DNA of 64,000 nucleotides. Source: an uncultured Mycoplasmatota bacterium (lineage in GTDB: Bacteria; Bacillota_I; Bacilli_A; RF39; UBA660). The notes beneath the pieces were generated by a model, which saw only the letters and a program-made list of their open reading frames with translations, did not search any database and had not been told where the DNA came from. Shown piece by piece: positions 17,689 through 26,473 of the stretch. A program made the translations under genes and the position numbers. The DNA lies in assembly GCA_900553855.1 (NCBI GenBank), contig USFG01000008.1, positions 1,178-65,177 on the forward strand. Reading direction: 5' to 3'. The stretch's first letter is position 1. Every line of letters begins with the position of its first letter.

Positions 17689-18471
17689 CTATAAATAATC
17701 TATAAATATTATAAACAAATATGATACAAATATGATACTATCTAATCTGTCTATTATTCCACCATGTCCAGGAATTAAGTTACTAAAGTCTTTAATATTA
17801 TGATTTCTTTTAATAGCACTAAAGAATAAATCGCCTATTTGAGCTATTATACTTGCAAGTATTAAAATTAAAACTTTGTTTAAAGTTAGAGTATTTCCGA
17901 TAAAATATATATAATATATTGAAGAAAGAATGGTTGATACTAAAAGCCCAGTAATACATCCTTCCCATGTTTTTTTTGGTGATAACTTTGTTACTTTGTG
18001 TTTTCCAATTAACATACCACCAAAGTAAGCGAATGTATCTGTAAAAATTGGAATTAACATTAACAAAATAAAATAACTTAAAGAATAATTTCTAGTTGAT
18101 AATAAAAAGTTTAAACCTAATCCGACTAGAAGTAAAAAGCTTGTTAAGCTAAAAGCATCACTGGTTGTATATTCATTACTTGGTTGGTATTTTATTACAG
18201 GTATTAATGTTAATAGTATGGCTAACGCTAATAATTTGAAATCGAAGTTATTAATTAGAAAATTCGACTCATAATTATTAAATATTATTATCATATAGGA
18301 TATAAACGATAATATTTTCACTATTTTTGGGTATTTATTTAATTTAATTATTTCATAAAACGACATTAATCCTATAACTGCGATACCTAATATGAATGCC
18401 TTGTTTCCAAGTATTATTAATGGAATCGCTATCATTAACATTATAATTGCACTTATTATTCTTTTTTTCAT
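17689..18471 (-). CDS. cdsA: phosphatidate cytidylyltransferase
   Basis: Polytopic membrane protein with SAIKRNHNIKDFSNLIPGHGGIIDRLDS. Confidence 0.9.
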   Translation of the reverse strand: MKKRIISAIIMLMIAIPLIILGNKAFILGIAVIGLMSFYEIIKLNKYPKIVKILSFISYMIIIFNNYESNFLINNFDFKLLALAILLTLIPVIKYQPSNEYTTSDAFSLTSFLLLVGLGLNFLLSTRNYSLSYFILLMLIPIFTDTFAYFGGMLIGKHKVTKLSPKKTWEGCITGLLVSTILSSIYYIYFIGNTLTLNKVLILILASIIAQIGDLFFSAIKRNHNIKDFSNLIPGHGGIIDRLDSIIFVSYLFIIFIDYL

Positions 18472-19148
18472 TAGTTTCCTCCAAATCTTCTATGACGATG
18501 ATTATATTCTTCTAAGGCTAGATCAAACTCGTGTTCATCAAAATCAGGAAAATATACTTTGGTGAAGTATAATTCGGCATAACTAGCTTGCCATAACATG
18601 AAATTTGATAGTCTATATTCTCCACTGGTTCTAATGACTAAATCTAGAGGTGGGATATCTTGATATAAATACTGACTGATATTTTCTTCGGTTATTTCTT
18701 TATTGTCTTTAACTAATTTATTACAAGCGTCGACTATTTCTGACTTTGATCCATAATTAAAGCAAACGTTTAAAGTGCCACCGGTGTTGTCTTTAGTTAA
18801 TTCGGTAACTTTATCAATGCAAGCTAAGACTTTATCAGATAAATTTTCTCTTCGTCCAGAAAAAACTACTTTAATATTATCTTTAGCTAAATTCTTTAAT
18901 TTTTTATTAAATGTAACGATAAGTAAATCCATTAAATAACTTACTTCTTCTATAGAACGATTAAAATTTTCAGTAGAAAAAGCATAGATACTTAAATATT
19001 TAATTTCTTTATCAAATACATATTTAGCAAGGGAACATATGCGATCTGCTCCTGCTCTATGTCCTTCAAGTGATTTCTTATTTTTTTCTTTGGCCCATCT
19101 ACGATTTCCATCCATAATGATACCAACGTGAGTTATTTTATTTTCCAT
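18471..19148 (-). CDS. uppS: undecaprenyl diphosphate synthase
   Basis: HVGIIMDGNRRWA and the RTSGEYRLSNFMLWQ motifs. Confidence 0.93.
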   Translation of the reverse strand: MENKITHVGIIMDGNRRWAKEKNKKSLEGHRAGADRICSLAKYVFDKEIKYLSIYAFSTENFNRSIEEVSYLMDLLIVTFNKKLKNLAKDNIKVVFSGRRENLSDKVLACIDKVTELTKDNTGGTLNVCFNYGSKSEIVDACNKLVKDNKEITEENISQYLYQDIPPLDLVIRTSGEYRLSNFMLWQASYAELYFTKVYFPDFDEHEFDLALEEYNHRHRRFGGN

Positions 19149-19224
19149 TTTTTCACATCCTAATAAAATTATATAATTAAATTATTATTTATGCAAAATA
19201 TATTTGTACTTTTAACAAAAAAGA

Positions 19225-19244
19225 AAATGGATGTTACTCCATTT
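19225..19244 (-). terminator. intrinsic terminator after sufU
   Basis: Minus-strand stem AAATGGA/TCCATTT with a 6-nt loop, followed by TCTTTTTTG. Confidence 0.55.
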
Positions 19245-19255
19245 AAATTTTAATT

Positions 19256-19669
19256 TTATTTTGAAACTAATTTATATAATGCTTTATACGGAAGTGTTGC
19301 ACAGGTTTTACGACTTTCTTGCTTGTACATTTCATCAAAAGCGAGTGATTCATTCATTTTATCTTTATCATAATCTTGTTCATTTATCATGTTGTTAAAA
19401 TTATCTATTATGGCCAAAGCCTCTTCTTTAGTTTTACCAATAATTTCTTTTAACATTATAGATGTACTGGCTGTTGATATAGCACATGCTTCTCCGTCAA
19501 AGTATGCATCTTTAATGATATTTCCATCAAATTTAATAAATATATTTATATTATCAATGCATGATGAATTATTAGCGTTTGCTGTCTTAAAGTCTTCTCC
19601 TTTGGATTCTTTATGAAAAGGATTACTATAATTATCTAATATTATTTCTCTTCTAACTTCTGGTTCCAT
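19256..19669 (-). CDS. sufU: SufU-type Fe-S/sulfur-transfer scaffold
   Basis: 137 aa and NifU/IscU-like, with conserved Cys (NSSCID, GEACAIS, RKTCATL). Lies downstream of sufS. Confidence 0.85.
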   Translation of the reverse strand: MEPEVRREIILDNYSNPFHKESKGEDFKTANANNSSCIDNINIFIKFDGNIIKDAYFDGEACAISTASTSIMLKEIIGKTKEEALAIIDNFNNMINEQDYDKDKMNESLAFDEMYKQESRKTCATLPYKALYKLVSK

Positions 19670-20865
19670 TAAATCATTTCCTTTATTATTTTATCTTTAT
19701 TTGATAATAGTTCAACTAAACTATCTATCTCTTCTTTAGTATTGTAAAAATATAAACTTACTCTTACAGTATTTTTTACGCCGATTGAATGTTTTAATAT
19801 TTTAGCACAATGATTGCCTGCTCTAACACAGATATTGTATTTATTTAAATAATAGGCAACATCTTGACTAAAAACATCTTCTACATTAAAGGCGACTATT
19901 CCACTGTCGGCTTCTTCATTTACAATTTGAATATATGGTATTTTTTCTAGTTTGCTTATTAAATATGATTTTAATTTTTGCTCGTAAATACTGATGGTAT
20001 CCATTCCAATTTTTTCTAAGTAATCAATGGCAGCTCCTAGTCCAATTACACCAGCAATATTAGGAGTTCCTGCTTCTAATCTTTGAGGTAAATCTTTTAA
20101 ATATACTTCATTTTCGTTATCAAAAGATTCATTCATTCCACCACCTAAAAGGATTGGCTCTACTTCTTCTAATAATTCTTTTTTACCATATAAAACACCT
20201 ACCCCAGTTGGCCCACACATTTTATGACCAGAAAAGGCTAGAAAATCGACATCACTATCTTTAACATCACATTTACGATGAGGAACACTTTGGGCTCCAT
20301 CACAGACTACAAATATATTATTTTCATGGGCAAGTTTACATATTTCTTTCATTGGTCTTATATCACCAACAACGTTTGTTATTTCAGCAAGTGAGATTAC
20401 TTTGGTTTTAGGAGTTATTGTCTCTTTTAAATTTTCTAATGTAACATGAAGGTTTCCATCTAATTTAACTCTTTTTATTACTACTCCATATTTTGTTGCT
20501 AATCTAAACCATGGCATAACGTTGCTAGCATGTTCGGCATCAGAAATTATAACTTCATCGCCGGCTTCTAAGTTATTTTCAAAGAATCCTTTTACAATTA
20601 GATTTAAACTTTCGGTTGCTCCACTTGTAAAGACTACTTCATCTGGATTTGCATTAATAAATTTAGCAACTTTAATTCTAGCATTTTCATATTCAACATC
20701 AACTTTATAGCTTAAGCTGTAATCCCCTCTATGGGCATTTGCACAATATTTAGTATAATATTCATTCATTTTGTCTAATACTACTTTAGGTTTAAAAGTT
20801 GTTGCACCATTATCTAAATAGATTACATTGTCCATAAGTTCTTTAGGAAAATCATCACGATGCAT
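19669..20865 (-). CDS. sufS: cysteine desulfurase SufS
   Basis: Class V aminotransferase with SGHKMCGPTGVGVLYGK (PLP Lys) and RAGNHCA (active Cys). Confidence 0.9.
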   Translation of the reverse strand: MHRDDFPKELMDNVIYLDNGATTFKPKVVLDKMNEYYTKYCANAHRGDYSLSYKVDVEYENARIKVAKFINANPDEVVFTSGATESLNLIVKGFFENNLEAGDEVIISDAEHASNVMPWFRLATKYGVVIKRVKLDGNLHVTLENLKETITPKTKVISLAEITNVVGDIRPMKEICKLAHENNIFVVCDGAQSVPHRKCDVKDSDVDFLAFSGHKMCGPTGVGVLYGKKELLEEVEPILLGGGMNESFDNENEVYLKDLPQRLEAGTPNIAGVIGLGAAIDYLEKIGMDTISIYEQKLKSYLISKLEKIPYIQIVNEEADSGIVAFNVEDVFSQDVAYYLNKYNICVRAGNHCAKILKHSIGVKNTVRVSLYFYNTKEEIDSLVELLSNKDKIIKEMI

Positions 20866-20872
20866 AAATATT

Positions 20873-21496
20873 TCACCTCCTTGAATTTAAATATTCTCTT
20901 ATTTTAATTTTTAATTCTTCATTATCAATAACGCTTAATAAATATCCTTGAATTATTAGTTTTTCGGCGTTTTCTTTATTTATTCCTTTACTCATTAAAT
21001 AAAACACTTCATCTTTATTAATATTTCCAATGGCATTTTCATGATTAGCTATTATTTGGCTAGTTTTGATATACATATTGGGTTTGCAAATAACTTTTCC
21101 ATTATTAATATTTATTATTTTAATTTTTTCATCCAATATATTGTTATTATTATTTTTTAGTAATGTACCATCTATGTCTACTTTTGATGTGCCGGAATTA
21201 TTAACTCCTCTTACATTTACTAATACATTTGATTTTTCACCAGCATAGTTAATGTTTATCTTTAAGTCATAATTGGTATTATTAATATATGAATGATTAA
21301 GGACTAGACTTGAATTAGTTCCAATATAAATATTTATTTCATTATTATCATCTATAGCATCTATAAAATAATTTATAGTTAAAGATGAATTATCTTTTAT
21401 TTCTATCGTTTTATTTCCTAATGATTTATTAAAATAATTTATTTCTTTAACTATATCATTATCTACTAATATTATATTATCTTTTTTCATTTGCAT
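20873..21496 (-). CDS. sufD: unusually short SufB/SufD-family protein
   Basis: 207 aa. Beta-helix-like repeats followed by ANHENAIGNINKDEVFYLMSKGINKENAEKLIIQGYL, the SufBD C-terminal signature. Confidence 0.65.
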   Translation of the reverse strand: MQMKKDNIILVDNDIVKEINYFNKSLGNKTIEIKDNSSLTINYFIDAIDDNNEINIYIGTNSSLVLNHSYINNTNYDLKININYAGEKSNVLVNVRGVNNSGTSKVDIDGTLLKNNNNNILDEKIKIININNGKVICKPNMYIKTSQIIANHENAIGNINKDEVFYLMSKGINKENAEKLIIQGYLLSVIDNEELKIKIREYLNSRR

Positions 21497-21509
21497 CTAC
21501 TTAATTAAC

Positions 21510-22238
21510 CTAGATATTCTTATATCCTTGATTTTCTATTTCCTTTGCTAGGGATAAATCACCAGATTTGATGATATGGCCATCTTTCATTATATGAATG
21601 TGACTAGCATTTAACATAGTAAGAAGTGGTTCATGATGAGTTACTAATAAGATTGATGCTTTGGGATGAGTTTCTAAATATTCATTCAAACTATTTGTTA
21701 CTGTTTTTAGGGAGTCTATATCTAAGCCACTATCTAATTCGTCTAAAATAATTAGACTAGGCTCTAGCATCCATAAGTGAAGGAGTTCATTTTTCTTTCT
21801 TTCGCCACCACTCATTCCTTCATTGATTCCACGGTGAATAAAACTTTTAGGAATATCTAATTTTTCACAAATAGATGTCATTTTTTTATTAAAATCAAAT
21901 ATCGATATTGGATTAGGATTATTTTCATTTAGTCTTAGTCTTAACATTTCAGCATTTGATACACCAGGTATTTCAATTGGACTTTGATTTAAAAGATAGA
22001 TTCCTAATCTTGCACGCTCACTTACATTTAATTTTAATAAATCCGTGTCATTATAAAAAATACTACCACTTGTTACAATGTAATTAGGATCACCCATAAT
22101 TGTTTTACATATAGTGCTTTTTCCAATTCCATTTGGTCCCATAATAGCATGAACTTCTTTTTCGTTAACGGCTAGATTAAAATCTTTTAATATTTCTTTT
22201 TCTCCAACTGATACACTTAAATTTTTAATTGTAAGCAT
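21510..22238 (-). CDS. sufC: Fe-S cluster assembly ATPase SufC
   Basis: Walker A GPNGIGKST, signature MSGGERKK, Walker B LIILDELDSGLD. Confidence 0.93.
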   Translation of the reverse strand: MLTIKNLSVSVGEKEILKDFNLAVNEKEVHAIMGPNGIGKSTICKTIMGDPNYIVTSGSIFYNDTDLLKLNVSERARLGIYLLNQSPIEIPGVSNAEMLRLRLNENNPNPISIFDFNKKMTSICEKLDIPKSFIHRGINEGMSGGERKKNELLHLWMLEPSLIILDELDSGLDIDSLKTVTNSLNEYLETHPKASILLVTHHEPLLTMLNASHIHIMKDGHIIKSGDLSLAKEIENQGYKNI

Positions 22239-22278
22239 AATAAATACCTCCTAAATCATTTTACAATAATCTAATAAA

Positions 22279-22309
22279 AACTACAAACATAGTTTTAATT
22301 TTTGTAGTT
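22279..22309 (-). terminator. intrinsic terminator after the repeat-protein gene
   Basis: Minus-strand stem AACTACAAA/TTTGTAGTT immediately after the stop, followed by TTTTATT. Confidence 0.55.
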
Positions 22310-23038
22310 CTATTTGTGATGTTTTTCGCTATTTTCGAGTTTAAATTCAGAAATCAATCCTTTGTTTTGAAATTCAGCTAATAATACTGATTTAATTTCA
22401 TCATCCATACCAGTAGAACTGCATAAGTATTCAAAATCATCTAGAGATATTTTACCGACGCTTTGCGAGTAATCTGAAATTAAACCTTTACTTTTATATC
22501 CTATCTCTAGAAGTCTTTTCATATATGGATCTAATTTCATTGATTCACATAAAAAATTAAAATCATCTAGAGATATTTTGCCAACACTTTGCGAGTAATC
22601 TGAAATTAGTCCTTTACTTTTATATCCTATCTCTAAAAGCCTTTTCGTATGTGAATCTAATTTCATTGTTTCACATAAAAAATTAAAATCATTTAATGTG
22701 ATTGCATTATCTTCTTTTATTTGTTTTTTAATATCGTCCAACTTTGAATATTCTGAAATTATTTGAGGATCATCGCAATTTAAAATAAATGCTTCTTTAT
22801 TACTTAATTCACCACCATTTTTTATTTTTTCTAACAAATCGTCAGCTTCTTTGGTAAAGTTTATACGATTATTAGCAAATAATTCGTATTCTTGTTTAAT
22901 TGATGCAATCGCTAAACTTTTAAGATCATCTTCAGAATACTTATCCTTGTATTTATTTTTTAAGTTTGCTAATCTTTCACTTATGTCTAAATTAGGGTTA
23001 TTGTTTATTTCATCAATACTTATAGTTATTTTCTGCAT
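22310..23038 (-). CDS. hypothetical protein with three tandem 42-aa repeats
   Basis: DDFNFLCE(T/S)MKLD..(K)RLLEIGYKSKGLISDYSQSVGKISL occurs twice, plus one degenerate third copy. Confidence 0.65.
   Translation of the reverse strand: MQKITISIDEINNNPNLDISERLANLKNKYKDKYSEDDLKSLAIASIKQEYELFANNRINFTKEADDLLEKIKNGGELSNKEAFILNCDDPQIISEYSKLDDIKKQIKEDNAITLNDFNFLCETMKLDSHTKRLLEIGYKSKGLISDYSQSVGKISLDDFNFLCESMKLDPYMKRLLEIGYKSKGLISDYSQSVGKISLDDFEYLCSSTGMDDEIKSVLLAEFQNKGLISEFKLENSEKHHK
22436..22687. repeat. two tandem 126-bp coding repeats (22436-22561 and 22562-22687)
   Basis: My hand alignment finds about a dozen mismatches per 126 bp. A degenerate third unit lies at about 22310-22435. Confidence 0.85.
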
Positions 23039-23124
23039 ATTTAATTCTCCTTTTTTATTAAATTATAACAAATAAATTTTGTGATTTCGTGTTTTTTTCA
23101 AATGTTTAACAAATCTTTACATTG

Positions 23125-23454
23125 TTATTTATAATAATTTTCTTTATTTTTACTTATAATTTTTATATCTTCGTCACAATAATATTCTTTGTAAATATTT
23201 TCATAATCTGATGCTAAATCGTTATTAAATGTATAACAGTAATTTAATAATTTATAAAATAAACTTTTAGCTTCTTCATCATTTGCAAATGGCAGACTTA
23301 AGATGGAATCGAATAGTTTACTTATGGTTTGCTCATTAGTTATATGATATTTTATAATTTTTTCAACTTCTTCATTAAGATTATTTAATTGTTTGCTAGA
23401 TATTTCAATTAATTCATTTATTAGTTCCTTTATTTCTTGAAAATCGTTTTTCAT
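23125..23454 (-). CDS. hypothetical protein
   Basis: 109-aa ORF, helical and acidic. No motif recognised. Confidence 0.45.
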   Translation of the reverse strand: MKNDFQEIKELINELIEISSKQLNNLNEEVEKIIKYHITNEQTISKLFDSILSLPFANDEEAKSLFYKLLNYCYTFNNDLASDYENIYKEYYCDEDIKIISKNKENYYK

Positions 23455-23778
23455 ACTTACCCCACTATTTCGAATTTTGAAAATAAGTTTTATTTAATAT
23501 TTTTAGATAATTATTTGGCAGATTTGATCTAGCGACAGTGATTTCTTCATCATTCATCCTGTAAAGTGCCTCGACAACTTCTCCTACATGGTTCAATAAT
23601 CGAGTTTTGATATTAAATATCATTAATTTTTAGCATAAATAATCATTTCCTTTAACTAATTATAACATTAATATTTGCTGGTTTATATAATAATTCATTT
23701 TTTCATAATACAAAAAATTTGTTTTATCTAATTACAATATTTAGCAATAATGATTACTTCCTGTATACATCAATTATA

Positions 23779-24669
23779 TCACACTAATTCATATTCTCTT
23801 GCGATTATTCTATCATCAGAACAATATTTAATAACATATTCATTATCTTGTTTACAAATGATAATTCCAACTGTATCATTTTCTTCTATTGTTTTTATAT
23901 TTTTATCAATATAATTCATGTAAATCATAATTTGGCCAGTATGTTCTTTCTTTAGTTCAGTTATTTTTAATTCCACCACAACATAGCATTTGTACTTAAT
24001 ATTATATAATAGTAAATCTATGTAATTATATCTATCATCTAACTTAATGGGATACTCACTTTTAATAAATGTGAAACTACTTCCTAATTCATCTAAAAAG
24101 TTTTCTATGTCTTCTAAAATTAGTTTTTGCAATATCTTTTCTGAAAAAATATTATATTTATTGCTATTTTTGATTAAAATTGGATTTTTTACAAAATCAA
24201 CTATATTAGATTCATCTTGTTTCATTAATTTATTTTTAGTTTTAATATGTAATCTTTCATATTCTTTATGCTTAATAATTTCTTCTAATTGCCTTTTTGA
24301 TAAGTTCCTTTTTTCTATTTCATTAGCATAATAGTTTATTTCATTATTATCATTTAAACTAAATAATTGTCTAATATGACTAATTGATAATTTGGTCCCC
24401 AGTGGGGACCATTTTTGTTCTTCAAAAAATTGATATAATTGTCTCATTCTTCTTAAAGTTCTTGGGTTGTATTTCTTATCAACTTCAAGTGATAATTTTT
24501 TTGAATATTTACCAATTATATCATCGCCATATTTTTTACCAGCTTCTAGTAATAATTTACCTACCTCATAATGTGTCAAAAGAGTATGCCTTTCTTTTGA
24601 ATAATCTTTTACTTTTGAATATATTTCATTATCAATTAATTTATTTTTTATTTCATTATAATAGTTCAT
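23779..24669 (-). CDS. DUF1016/YhcG-family PD-(D/E)XK nuclease-like protein (copy B)
   Basis: 296 aa. The C-terminus IDLLLYNIKYKCYVVVELK carries a D...ExK motif. The last 90 or so aa are nearly identical to copy A, while the N-terminal half is divergent. Confidence 0.7.
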   Translation of the reverse strand: MNYYNEIKNKLIDNEIYSKVKDYSKERHTLLTHYEVGKLLLEAGKKYGDDIIGKYSKKLSLEVDKKYNPRTLRRMRQLYQFFEEQKWSPLGTKLSISHIRQLFSLNDNNEINYYANEIEKRNLSKRQLEEIIKHKEYERLHIKTKNKLMKQDESNIVDFVKNPILIKNSNKYNIFSEKILQKLILEDIENFLDELGSSFTFIKSEYPIKLDDRYNYIDLLLYNIKYKCYVVVELKITELKKEHTGQIMIYMNYIDKNIKTIEENDTVGIIICKQDNEYVIKYCSDDRIIAREYELV

Positions 24670-25003
24670 ATTACTCCTTTCTACGGACTACAAGTCTCAA
24701 TTTTTAATTTATTATTTTTAATCTTAAATATAATGCTTCCGTCCTCATCTGTTCTATATATTTTTGAATGATCTAGATTATTTAATACTTCTTTATTTGG
24801 ATGACCATACCTATTATTCTTTCCAACACTAATAATAGAGTATTTTGGATTTATCTTATTAATAAAACTTTTACTACTACTTGTCTTACTTCCATGATGG
24901 CCTACTTTTAATACATCTATATTTGATATATTATGTCTTTCTAATATATCCTTTTCTTTATCTACTCCAGCATCGCCCATAAACATAAATTTATAATTAT
25001 TTA
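24667..25003. repeat. 337-bp direct repeat, copy B (partner 26137..26473)
   Basis: My hand alignment finds 3 mismatches (24935, 24969, 24975). It spans the comEC tail, its stop, the RBS and the ATG of the following DUF1016 gene. Confidence 0.9.
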
Positions 25004-25064
25004 TTAAATGAATACTATCTTCCATATGATCAAAGTCTCCATGTGGTGACATACGTTTATACAT
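24681..25064 (-). pseudogene. comEC 3'-end fragment (duplicated, with an internal deletion)
   Basis: Encodes HGDFDHMEDSIHLINNYK|FMFMGDAG...ETCSP. This is the comEC MBL-domain tail lacking about 200 bp between two copies of TTATAATTATTTA. Confidence 0.8.
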
Positions 25065-25239
25065 ATAAATTTGAGCAAAAAAGATTGCAAATTAAAATTC
25101 AATGTTTTTTTAAAATTTTAATGTTTTAAATTAATTGTTTTTTGACTTTTTATGATTTATTCGTTTGTTTTTCTTTGCTTAATTAAATCTTTCAACTCTT
25201 CAACATTTTTAAACATATTTTCATATCCTATACATTAAA

Positions 25240-26139
25240 TCATATTAATTCATATTCTCTGGCAATTATTCTATCATCAGAGCAATATTTAATTACATAT
25301 TCATTGTCTTGCTTACAAATAATAATTCCTACTGTATCATTTTCTTCAATGGTTTTTATATTTTTATCAATATAATTCATATAAGTCATAATCTGACCTG
25401 TATGTTCCTTCTTAAGTTCAGTTACTTTTAATTCTACAACTACATAACACTTGTATTTAATATTATAAAGCAGCAAATCAATATAATTATATCTATCATC
25501 TAATTTGATCTTATATTCGTTATCAATAAAAGTGAATCCATTACCTAATTCTCTTAAAAACGTTGGAATGTCCTCAAGTATTAATTTTTGCAGTATTTTT
25601 TCAGATATAATTTCTTTTTTATTACTATTTCTAATATGAATAGGATTTTTAACAAAGTCTATTATTCTTATATCATTCCTACTTTTCAATTTATTTCTTG
25701 TATCAACTGGTATTCTTTCATACTCATTAGATTTTATTTTATTTCTTAATTGCCTAACATCTAAATTATAGATTTCACATTGATTGACATAATATTCTAT
25801 TTTATTTATATCATCAAATGATAACATTTCATACCAATGACTCCATGTTAACTTTCCCGACAATGTCGGGACTTTTTCAATTATGTTATAAAATTGTTTA
25901 ATTTTATATAATAATGATGACGTATATTTTTTACCAAATTTATTTGTTAATCTTTTAGAGTAGTCCTTTATTACATTTTTTCCATACTTAGTATCTACAT
26001 TTTTTAGTAGTTCTCCAACTTCTAAATATGTTTTTATTTTTTCCTTTGCTTTTGAATAATCTTTTACATTTTGATATATTTCATGATTTAATATCTTGTT
26101 TTCTATTTGTTGATATGTTTTATCTATTTCGTCTATCAT
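25240..26139 (-). CDS. DUF1016/YhcG-family PD-(D/E)XK nuclease-like protein (copy A)
   Basis: 299 aa with the same C-terminal nuclease core as copy B. Starts 11 nt after the comEC stop. Confidence 0.7.
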   Translation of the reverse strand: MIDEIDKTYQQIENKILNHEIYQNVKDYSKAKEKIKTYLEVGELLKNVDTKYGKNVIKDYSKRLTNKFGKKYTSSLLYKIKQFYNIIEKVPTLSGKLTWSHWYEMLSFDDINKIEYYVNQCEIYNLDVRQLRNKIKSNEYERIPVDTRNKLKSRNDIRIIDFVKNPIHIRNSNKKEIISEKILQKLILEDIPTFLRELGNGFTFIDNEYKIKLDDRYNYIDLLLYNIKYKCYVVVELKVTELKKEHTGQIMTYMNYIDKNIKTIEENDTVGIIICKQDNEYVIKYCSDDRIIAREYELI

Positions 26140-26473
26140 ATTACTCCTTTCTACGGACTACAAGTCTCAATTTTTAATTTATTATTTTTAATCTTAAATA
26201 TAATGCTTCCGTCCTCATCTGTTCTATATATTTTTGAATGATCTAGATTATTTAATACTTCTTTATTTGGATGACCATACCTATTATTCTTTCCAACACT
26301 AATAATAGAGTATTTTGGATTTATCTTATTAATAAAACTTTTACTACTACTTGTCTTACTTCCATGATGGCCTACTTTTAATACATCTATATTTGATATA
26401 TTATATCTTTCTAATATATCCTTTTCTTTATCTACTCCGGCATCACCCATAAACATAAATTTATAATTATTTA
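26137..26473. repeat. 337-bp direct repeat, copy A (partner 24667..25003)
   Basis: See copy B. The offset between copies is 1470 bp. Confidence 0.9.

Noticed and set aside
22436-22687. The tandem repeats were considered as a CRISPR-like or intergenic repeat array.
   Set aside because: The repeats are contiguous with no spacers. They are 126 bp long and in frame within a continuous ORF, so they are coding repeats.
23465-23623. A 52-codon ORF (MIFNIKTRLLNHVGEVVEALYRMNDEEITVARSNLPNNYLKILNKTYFQNSK) in a locally GC-richer patch, 11 nt upstream of the 109-aa ORF. I considered a fragment of a SMI1/KNR4-like immunity gene.
   Set aside because: The resemblance rests on one short LP..Y..(I/F)L segment. 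There is no RBS, and the downstream ORF does not continue the putative fold. The evidence is too weak to call.
25065-25239. The spacer between the comEC fragment and DUF1016-A was examined for a small gene or recombination site.
   Set aside because: Only very short ORFs of 19 codons or fewer occur there. There is no inverted repeat or recognisable site. It is probably decayed sequence.
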